A stretch of 64,000 nucleotides of DNA from positions 35,447 through 99,446 of the forward strand of contig JBBRCZ010000012.1 in assembly GCA_038204425.1 (NCBI GenBank), given 5' to 3'. Below, piece by piece: positions 56,468-64,000 of this stretch. The stretch's first letter is position 1, and each line of letters begins with the position of its first letter. The position numbers and the translations under genes are program-made. This DNA comes from Spirochaetia bacterium (GTDB lineage: Bacteria; Spirochaetota; Spirochaetia; DSM-27196; Salinispiraceae). The notes beneath the pieces are model-generated. The model saw nothing but the letters and a program-made list of their open reading frames with translations, was not told the origin of the DNA and made no database searches.

Positions 56468-57757
56468 CTAGGTAACTGCATAGCCTTTTGTGGTCTCTTC
56501 AAGCTTGCTGACGGTGCTTTGTGGGCCAAGTCCAAGTCCGTTTTCTCGCTTGACGGGCGAGCCAAGCACTATTACATCACCTCGTTGCAGTTTAAAGAAA
56601 ACACGCTCGGCTTGATGACCCGGAGTACCTGAGTTTTCGCCCCACTTGCACGACAGCATCATGCGGCCAGCTTCTCCCTCGCCTTGACCACAGATCATGA
56701 TGCGCGTCCTGCCAGCTTTGTTGAGCATTGCTTCGCCAACTACGCGCCAGACAGAACCTGCTTCTTCTTTACCTGCATGTTTTAATTCACTGTCGGCAAA
56801 GGCCAGCCAGGACATAGAAGGTTCTTCTTTACCTAGTCTGGCTGCATAGCCAATGCGTTTGATCATACCTGGAACTTGCCAATGTAGGCTGGCATGACAA
56901 GTCTGGTCAACGAGTTTTAACACAGGGCACTGCCCTTGGACAAAACAAGGTGCAAGAATCTTGCGTCCTTTGCTCACGAGCGTATCCCTTAGTTCTAAAA
57001 CTTGGAGCGTCTGGTCACGTAAGGCCGGCTCTACTATCAAGCGCAGACTGTCGGGTCGCAGGAATTGATCACAGTCTTCGAGGGTCTTAAGCCGACTTTC
57101 TGGGTTAGGCAGCTCGTTGAGAAAGTGCCCGGCAAGAAGAATATCAAAGCTTTGACCTTTGATGCTTTTAATTTTGCTGGCAGGAAGTGGGTTACCAGCC
57201 TTCCAACTTAAGGTTTGTAAAGTTCCTTGAATGCCTACTTGTGGAGCTGCGACTTGCAAAACTTCTTGTGCAAGTTCGAGCGCGGCTGCCGAATAGTCTA
57301 GGGCTATAACTTGCTCACAACCTGACTCCAACAAGGCCATTGCCATGGCACCAGGGCCGCTACCAAGATCAATCGCACTACCACCCGGCACAAAGCCCTG
57401 ACGGGCAAGGCCCGGATCATGCAACAGTGTCCAAGCTTGGGCATAGGATACTGGCCAATAGAAAAGCAGGTAGGCGCCCAAAAGATCGGGATCATCGAGG
57501 TAGCGCGTTGCAACTAGCTTGCGATCTCCGGTTAATCCTCTCGATAGCTCTTTAACTGCCTGACCCAAAACATGTGTTTCTTCTTCGGTGAGATGGGCGT
57601 TGGTGACAAAACGAGCAGTTTCAGCGTCCCTACGTCTACGCCAGACGTAAAGTAAAATGTCAAGCCAGACGTAAAGCCTAGATTCTAGACTTTGGGCTTG
57701 GTCTTGTGAGGCTTTGTTTTTGTTAGTTGGTCTAATGCGAGGATTGTTGCGGTACAT
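56468..57757 (-). CDS. Rsm22-family SAM-dependent methyltransferase
   Basis: AYLLFYWP, DLGSGPG, LNEL, IVEPA, APC....CP......TCH Cys cluster. Confidence 0.82.
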   Translation of the reverse strand: MYRNNPRIRPTNKNKASQDQAQSLESRLYVWLDILLYVWRRRRDAETARFVTNAHLTEEETHVLGQAVKELSRGLTGDRKLVATRYLDDPDLLGAYLLFYWPVSYAQAWTLLHDPGLARQGFVPGGSAIDLGSGPGAMAMALLESGCEQVIALDYSAAALELAQEVLQVAAPQVGIQGTLQTLSWKAGNPLPASKIKSIKGQSFDILLAGHFLNELPNPESRLKTLEDCDQFLRPDSLRLIVEPALRDQTLQVLELRDTLVSKGRKILAPCFVQGQCPVLKLVDQTCHASLHWQVPGMIKRIGYAARLGKEEPSMSWLAFADSELKHAGKEEAGSVWRVVGEAMLNKAGRTRIMICGQGEGEAGRMMLSCKWGENSGTPGHQAERVFFKLQRGDVIVLGSPVKRENGLGLGPQSTVSKLEETTKGYAVT

Positions 57758-59270
57758 GTCTGGCTAGCTTAAGCACAAAGCGCGCTCCATGGTCAACTGC
57801 CAAGTCAAGTTCGATGCTGCCTTGTAGCACGTCTTTGACAAGTTTCTTGACCATAGCTAGGCCAAGACCACTACCGCCTTGACCACGCATGGTCGTAAAG
57901 AATGGCTCGAATATTCTTTTGGCTAGCTCGGGCAAAATCGCTTCGCCGTCATTTCTGAAGTCAATCAAGAAAGTCGACCGATCTTCTTGGTTCTCCTTTA
58001 CCTGTATAGAAATGGTGCCCGACTGTCTGTTCTTAAATCCATGTTTTATCGAGTTTTCTATTAAGTTACTAATGACTTGAGCCAATGCGCCGGGGAAGCT
58101 CACCAAGTCAAACGGGCTCGGGCAATCAAGTTTTACCTCTACCTCCTTTTCCTTAAGGCGTGGACTAATGCTATTTACAATATGTTGCAAGTATTCCGAC
58201 AAATCTACCGTACACAGTTCGTAAGAACTTTGGTCAACTGCCACTTGTTTAAAACTTAGCATCAAACCTGTTGCGCGTTCCAAGTTAAACTCCATAGCCT
58301 GAACGCCCGCCAATAGTTCTTCCAACTTATTCTTAAAGGCTGCCGAACCAAGGGTTTGCTCGTCGTAGCCCTTCTTGATGTCTTGTAACTGCTGGCGAAA
58401 ATGTCCCGATAGTACCAGGCCAATGCCTAAAGGTGTGTTGATTTCGTGACTCAATCCGGCGACCAGGGAGCCAAGCTGCGCCATTTGCTGCGCTTCCATA
58501 AGTTGACTTACACCAACTTGAATTCTGTGTTCTAGACTTGAGTTTAAGGCCTTGAGGTCATCCTCGACCATTTTTCTACTTTGCGCCAAGCTGTTAATCT
58601 CACGTCTAATCAAGCTTATCTCATCATTACTTGCCTCAGCTAGTGGCATGAGCTGTTTAAATCCGCTTAGCTTCCATTGCGAAAGCCTCGCAAGCGTATC
58701 CTGTAGATAGCGAGCCGACCTTAGGTTGAGCAGAAAAATGAGTCCCAGAACCAAAATCAAGACTGGAATCTGCCAGACAAGAACTTCGAGCGCAAAACTC
58801 TCTAAGACGATCGTTGTCTTGTCTTTGTTGTGCTGAATCAAAATCTGCCAGCGCCATTCTTGTACATCAACTATATCAGTCTTTGGCATTCTAATTAGCT
58901 TGTCCTTGTCCCTTGCAAGATCAAACTGCTCTTTGGAATTGTTGTGCTGTTGCGCAAGAATTAAACGCCCATCTAGTGACCATACATAAATACTAAAACC
59001 TGTTTCATCGGCTATCTGTTTAAGTGTATCAATAAAAGAAGCTTGATAGGCAGCTCGGTAGGTCGGCACATTTGCCAGTCCAAGACTGCTAAGTTGCTTA
59101 ATGCGTCTATCAACTTCATTGTGAATACGACCGTCAACTGCCTCAATCTGCAGTCGGGCTTGTTTTTCGAGACTAGCACTGAGGGCACTTAGTGCCAAGA
59201 CCAAACAAATAGCAGTGCTCATAAAAAGAGAAAAAACGCTGGTGACGGCCAGTCGAGTCTTAAGCTTCAA
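57732..59270 (-). CDS. Membrane sensor histidine kinase
   Basis: Two TM segments, H box SHEINTPLG, N box NLIENSIKHGF, FEPFFTT, GSGLGL. Confidence 0.93.
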   Translation of the reverse strand: MKLKTRLAVTSVFSLFMSTAICLVLALSALSASLEKQARLQIEAVDGRIHNEVDRRIKQLSSLGLANVPTYRAAYQASFIDTLKQIADETGFSIYVWSLDGRLILAQQHNNSKEQFDLARDKDKLIRMPKTDIVDVQEWRWQILIQHNKDKTTIVLESFALEVLVWQIPVLILVLGLIFLLNLRSARYLQDTLARLSQWKLSGFKQLMPLAEASNDEISLIRREINSLAQSRKMVEDDLKALNSSLEHRIQVGVSQLMEAQQMAQLGSLVAGLSHEINTPLGIGLVLSGHFRQQLQDIKKGYDEQTLGSAAFKNKLEELLAGVQAMEFNLERATGLMLSFKQVAVDQSSYELCTVDLSEYLQHIVNSISPRLKEKEVEVKLDCPSPFDLVSFPGALAQVISNLIENSIKHGFKNRQSGTISIQVKENQEDRSTFLIDFRNDGEAILPELAKRIFEPFFTTMRGQGGSGLGLAMVKKLVKDVLQGSIELDLAVDHGARFVLKLARHVPQQSSH

Positions 59271-59284
59271 AAGCGACCTCTTTC

Positions 59285-60352
59285 CTAATCCCTCCCAACA
59301 AGTTCTGCTAAGTCCAAGACTTGCGGGGAAACGGTCACGCCATAACCATTAGCCAAACCAAGGTTGACCTTTACTTTGGCATTGTAGTTGGCAACAATGC
59401 CAATTGAAGGTGGCGTCTCACCTTGTAGCAGTCTTACTACCGCCTCGGCCGCCCAGTGACCAAACTCTGCATTGTCCTTGCCATAGGTGAGCAAAGAAAC
59501 ATTAGACATCCAATCAGAAACCGAACCACTGGGAATTCTACCGTTTTTTGCAACAAAAGAAATTGCGTCCTTGGGATTCCATCCAGTTATTCCGTTGTTA
59601 CTGCGCAATATAATGATGTCTTCGGTCTTTTGCAAGGCCAAAAAGCTCGACTTCCAAGATTCAAACGTAACTACAAAACTGGCCGCTATCTGAAAAGTAG
59701 AAAGATACCTTTTATAATATTCAACAGTTTTTCGATCTGTCTCGGTATCGCCAGTCAAAATTGCCATGCGAACTTTGTCCTTAGACAATGCAGGCTCAAA
59801 GTTGGGCTTGATTTTAACAAGTTGATCTGACAATGCTTTAATCAAATCAACCTCAAGCTGGCCACAGACCCAAGAGTAATCCAACTTATACGGTTCTGCG
59901 TCCCAGTTGACACCAATAAAAACTACCGGCATTGGCCCTTTGCGAAAAAAAGGTGCAATAACAGTTCGCATTGCCGTATCATCAGAAACAACCAGTATGT
60001 CGGGCTGATAGTTATCAATTCTTTCTTTGGCGATCCGAGCAGCTTTATCAATTGCTTGTTGATCGTTCACCTGCTGACTGTTCATAAAGTGCCACAAGAT
60101 CTGCGGCTTAAAGCTTGTGGCCGCCAAATCAGCAGCAAAGGCAACGCGCTGCAAAGCCCCGGCCTGGTATCCCTCGTGATACGAATCCAAATACATCACG
60201 CGAACTTGACTGCCGTCGATAGCGCCACGTCTTGTTTGCGCAAAAGTGGGTGCATCATTTTTGAGATTTTGGCTTAATGGCAATTCTGTTGACCTTTGAC
60301 ACATAGTCAAAAAAGGAAGCAGGAAAAGCAGAGAAAAACACTTAAGTGACAT
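59285..60352 (-). CDS. Periplasmic ABC_sub_bind-type ligand-binding (lipo)protein
   Basis: LDSYHEGY, PDILVVSDD.A, PVVFIGVN, RLLQGETPPSIGI. Confidence 0.78.
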   Translation of the reverse strand: MSLKCFSLLFLLPFLTMCQRSTELPLSQNLKNDAPTFAQTRRGAIDGSQVRVMYLDSYHEGYQAGALQRVAFAADLAATSFKPQILWHFMNSQQVNDQQAIDKAARIAKERIDNYQPDILVVSDDTAMRTVIAPFFRKGPMPVVFIGVNWDAEPYKLDYSWVCGQLEVDLIKALSDQLVKIKPNFEPALSKDKVRMAILTGDTETDRKTVEYYKRYLSTFQIAASFVVTFESWKSSFLALQKTEDIIILRSNNGITGWNPKDAISFVAKNGRIPSGSVSDWMSNVSLLTYGKDNAEFGHWAAEAVVRLLQGETPPSIGIVANYNAKVKVNLGLANGYGVTVSPQVLDLAELVGRD

Positions 60353-60363
60353 AGTGATCACCT

Positions 60364-63300
60364 CTATTTTTTAAGTATAATCTCAATATTCAGAGCATTC
60401 CACTCATTACTTGTTAAAGGTAGCAGTTCAAAGTTATCTTCTCCACTTGCTGCAAGCTGCTTTACTGCCATGCGTTGATCTAATATTCCACGGCTTAGCA
60501 GGGCTTGCCTTAGAGTCTGCGCCGCTGCTAAATTGAGAACTTGGCCTGATTGTGCTATCGAGTAGACATTTAACTGGAGATTGTAGCGAGCGTACGGAGC
60601 TAGCCTTGCTACTATCCTATCAAAAGCTTCAGGCCCAGGAACAAGGTGGCGAGCCAAAAGTGGCATAACTAAGCTTCCATCTTGCTGTTTGAGCACCAAT
60701 AGATCTACTGAGAAGCGCTCTTTTTTGCTTACTTTATTGCCAAGGTTATCCGTCGCAGCAAACACCAATTCGTAGTCCGCCAAAGCCTCAGTCAAGACGT
60801 TTTCGCTAGTTCGACCATTCCAAACCAGACGATTAGTTACTTGTCCAGATCCAGTAAATTTTGCAAAGGCCTTGGCCGGGTTTGTCGTTCCTCTACCTGT
60901 AGAAAAGATCGACAAGGTCCAATCCCTGATGCCCGATGGATCATCAAGCTCAATGCCAATCGCCAAGTCATCGTCAACGCCATCGTCATCCGGACTGAAT
61001 GGTTGAGGATCAAGACTGAGCTTGAGTCGCGGTGGGCTTAGGTCAAGCAAGAACGAGGTCGATTTGGCTTGAGCTTGGTTACCCTTAACGTAGTCAAGCG
61101 TCAAAACTGCTTCGTAGCGACCGTCGGTCGCGAGCTTGCTACTATCATCTCCACCCAGTCTGCCATCCCAGGTGAGTTCAATTGGAACTGGGCCTTGGCC
61201 AGTTTTTTTAAAGACCAATCCTTGTGAGCCAATAATTTCTAGGTTCCAAGCTAATATGCCTTCGTTGAGCGAAACGTTAGGTTTAAATCTCATCGTGCCA
61301 AAACGCTCGTCGCTGCCTGAGGGGGCAAAGCCAGCACCAAGCCTGGCCAGCAAAACGGGCGTAGGCCTATTGTCTATCACTATGCCTTCGATACGCTCAA
61401 GTCGGGGGTTGCCGGCTTGGTCTTCACTTGAGATTAGTAATTCGTAGCGACCGTTAGGTTCTTGATTGCCGTTGTTGTCGCGTCCGTCCCAAGCAAATCC
61501 TTCCATCTTTCCTCGCCAAAACCATGTTCTAACCAAGCGCTTTTTTGCATCCAGAATTTGCGCTTGCCACAAGTCTTCGCTGCTGGCATCCACAAAAAAG
61601 CGAACAAGGTCCTTGCGACCATCACCATCGGGACTAAAAACTAGATCGTGCGCGCCAAGGCTTAAAAGTGGAGGACTTAGGTCAATAGTGAAGTAGTCTG
61701 ATAGCGCCTTTGCTTGATTACCCTTTAAATACTGAACTGTCAATTCTGCACGATAGCGACCCTCGCGCTGCACTTGCCGTTGGGTATTGCGCCCATCCCA
61801 TTCAAGCTGCTCAGGCACAAGTAGTGAGCCTTTTCTCTGGTAAACCACGATGCCGTTTTGGTCGCTGATTTCTAGCAACCACGATTCAATTCCTTGTTTT
61901 ATTCCAAGTTTGACGACAAACTGCATCTTGTCTCGACGGCCATCAGCATTTGGACTAAAGAAGCTCATTTCATTGCTAAAGGAGACTAGAGTAGATCTAT
62001 TGTCTACCAATAGGTTAATGGGTTCGCTCTTGCCTATATTTCCGGCCCAATCTTTGGACTCCAGTTGAAAAAGATAGTTTCCATCGGGAACAGGGATTCC
62101 TTGCAAGGAGGTTCCATCCCAAATAATTAGCTCGGGGGGGCGTTCTGGCCAGGCAAAGACTTGCACCGGAGCCTCGTGTCCGAGAATTAAAGGTGCACTG
62201 CCCAAAGGTCCAGCATAGCGAATACTTGCGATCCATAAAACTTCGGCACTGGCTTCAATTTTGATGCTGACGCTGTCTCGTCTACCATCGCCATCAGGAC
62301 TAAACAAGCTTGCATCGCTGTAGACTACGGCCCGAGGTGCGCTGACATCTAGAAAGAATGCAGGGCTACTTGCTTTAACGCTCGATCCTTTAAGGTATTC
62401 TAAACTCAGTATTGCCTTATACTCACCTTCTGGAGCAAGGCGCCCTCCATCGGTCATTCCATTCCATACCAGTAAGTCAAGATCCAAAACACCCGCTTTT
62501 ACAAGTCCTGTGGCTATGGTTCGAGCACTGCCACCTCGTGATGGTAAGATGGACAAACTGGCGAACTTAATGTCTCTATTTTGTTGCAGGCTAGCCGTAA
62601 GCTTGACTAAATCTTGCACTCCGTCACCGTTGGGACTAAAGGCGCGACTGACAGTGCTCAGGCTTAACTCAGTTGGCTTAGTGTCTAGTTCAATTATCGC
62701 AGAACGAACCATACCGCGGTTGCCCGCTTCATCAACGCTCACTAATTCATAGACATACTGCCCATCTTCAACAAAATTGCCGTTGTCGTCTGTCCCAGCC
62801 CAGGCAAAGCGAGGCGGTAAACCTTGGCGATAGAGCAGTGTCTTGCGTGCTAAGCCCGATCTATCAAGCATGCGCGCCGTCCACAAATTCTCTACAGAGG
62901 CACTCTGTTTAAACTCGATCGAGTCCCGTTTTCCATCACCATCAGGAGAAAGATAGAGCCGTCCGTCAACTAAATCTGACGTATTTTCTATCTGGGCGAG
63001 CGGTGCCTGGCTGTCTATCCTAAAAACACGTGACTGCACTTGGGCAATGCTGCCCTTAGTAAATTGTAATTGTGCGATAGCCAAATATGAACCATCAGTA
63101 AGCTGCCCTCGCTCGTTGCTTCCATCCCATTCGATACTTTTGGGTATTCGACCGGTGCCTGTCCAGCGGCGTATCGGCGCAGCTTCTTTGCCGAGGATAG
63201 ATTTTGACTGTCCGTCGGCCGCATAGATGTCCATTGTCCACTCGGAAATGCCTTCTATAGGTTCACCTTCCAAGACAAAAATTTGTTTTTTTGCGTTGGT

Positions 63301-64000
63301 GTCAGAGTTAGGATTAAAGACCAGTGATAGAGCCGAAACAATGGCACGTACCGGCCGCGCATCGAGTTCAAATATCAAGGGCGTCGTTTGGAAGACGTTG
63401 CCCGCTCTATCAGTACCAGAAAGTTGATAGCTGTACAGCCCGTCAGCGGCAATGCTTCCATCGACAGCTCGCCCGTCCCACAGCAACTCAGTGTCGGGCA
63501 TAGCCTTCCACTCGTAAGCGATTAACCTGGAACCATCTTGACTGCTAATAGCCCCTTTCCATGACTCTTCTTCGCTTGCCTGCTGACTTATATTAATGAC
63601 GTCGCGTCTTCCATCGCCATCTGGACTAAAAATTCGATGTTCGGCCTCGAGACTGGCTTGTGGTGCTGTTAAGTCAAGTACCATCGGCGGTGACTGGGCG
63701 ACTGGCTTATTGCCATTGGCATAGTCGACCTCGAGCTTTAGATAATAGGTGCCCTCTGCTAGTGTTTTTCCCTCTGCATCCTTGCCGTCAATCAATAGAA
63801 CGCTAGGTAGCCGTCCACTAGTGCCGTAGAAACGCTGCGCCTCACCTGTCTGTGAGCGCAGCTCGGCCTTCCAAGTTTTTACTTCCACCTTGTCAGTGCC
63901 TTCTAAGGAAACCATAACCGTGTCTTTGACTTGGTCACCATTGGGCGAAAACCAGCCATTGTCTATCGTAATTCTGACGGGTGTTATTTGATTAATAAGC
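60364..64000 (-). CDS. Large FlgD-Ig repeat protein, 5'-partial (extends past window end), with a possibly degenerate OmpA-like C-terminus
   Basis: About ten ~110-aa repeats with FSP[DN]GDG..D, WDG, DG.Y and D.AGN / Y.KG motifs; the frame stays open to 64000 (…IDNGWFSPNGDQVKDTVM). Confidence 0.85.
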   Translation of the reverse strand, partial: LINQITPVRITIDNGWFSPNGDQVKDTVMVSLEGTDKVEVKTWKAELRSQTGEAQRFYGTSGRLPSVLLIDGKDAEGKTLAEGTYYLKLEVDYANGNKPVAQSPPMVLDLTAPQASLEAEHRIFSPDGDGRRDVINISQQASEEESWKGAISSQDGSRLIAYEWKAMPDTELLWDGRAVDGSIAADGLYSYQLSGTDRAGNVFQTTPLIFELDARPVRAIVSALSLVFNPNSDTNAKKQIFVLEGEPIEGISEWTMDIYAADGQSKSILGKEAAPIRRWTGTGRIPKSIEWDGSNERGQLTDGSYLAIAQLQFTKGSIAQVQSRVFRIDSQAPLAQIENTSDLVDGRLYLSPDGDGKRDSIEFKQSASVENLWTARMLDRSGLARKTLLYRQGLPPRFAWAGTDDNGNFVEDGQYVYELVSVDEAGNRGMVRSAIIELDTKPTELSLSTVSRAFSPNGDGVQDLVKLTASLQQNRDIKFASLSILPSRGGSARTIATGLVKAGVLDLDLLVWNGMTDGGRLAPEGEYKAILSLEYLKGSSVKASSPAFFLDVSAPRAVVYSDASLFSPDGDGRRDSVSIKIEASAEVLWIASIRYAGPLGSAPLILGHEAPVQVFAWPERPPELIIWDGTSLQGIPVPDGNYLFQLESKDWAGNIGKSEPINLLVDNRSTLVSFSNEMSFFSPNADGRRDKMQFVVKLGIKQGIESWLLEISDQNGIVVYQRKGSLLVPEQLEWDGRNTQRQVQREGRYRAELTVQYLKGNQAKALSDYFTIDLSPPLLSLGAHDLVFSPDGDGRKDLVRFFVDASSEDLWQAQILDAKKRLVRTWFWRGKMEGFAWDGRDNNGNQEPNGRYELLISSEDQAGNPRLERIEGIVIDNRPTPVLLARLGAGFAPSGSDERFGTMRFKPNVSLNEGILAWNLEIIGSQGLVFKKTGQGPVPIELTWDGRLGGDDSSKLATDGRYEAVLTLDYVKGNQAQAKSTSFLLDLSPPRLKLSLDPQPFSPDDDGVDDDLAIGIELDDPSGIRDWTLSIFSTGRGTTNPAKAFAKFTGSGQVTNRLVWNGRTSENVLTEALADYELVFAATDNLGNKVSKKERFSVDLLVLKQQDGSLVMPLLARHLVPGPEAFDRIVARLAPYARYNLQLNVYSIAQSGQVLNLAAAQTLRQALLSRGILDQRMAVKQLAASGEDNFELLPLTSNEWNALNIEIILKK

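Overview
Bacterial chromosomal window with no rRNA, tRNA, CRISPR array, transposase, integrase or phage genes that I could recognise. Gene content suggests a free-living, saccharolytic spirochaete (inference from a LacI-sensor fusion, FapA, a HEAT-repeat protein, an antiporter-PTS EIIA fusion, an FlgD-Ig repeat protein and many lipoproteins). It holds housekeeping genes (ndk, pepF, gpsA, cysE, add, argRCBD, rlmN), carbohydrate-active genes (GH52, GH65 plus a HAD protein, a beta-helix/CBM/ricin lipoprotein, an (alpha/alpha)6-like protein), a cobalamin riboswitch ahead of a TonB-dependent receptor, and an imuA-imuB-dnaE2 cassette. The most notable observations are: (1) a sigma54 promoter driving an N-terminally truncated NifN/NifK-like ORF coupled to nifV, with no other nif genes in the window; (2) a 1.55-kb two-gene cassette bounded by a perfect 25-bp direct repeat that duplicates a gene 3' end, with no integrase; (3) a repeated promoter architecture predicting leaderless mRNAs; (4) a palindromic SOS-like operator in the imuA promoter; (5) two interrupted genes (a decayed uppS copy and a lipoprotein gene with one in-frame TAA). 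All family calls come from motif recognition by eye; no searches were run.
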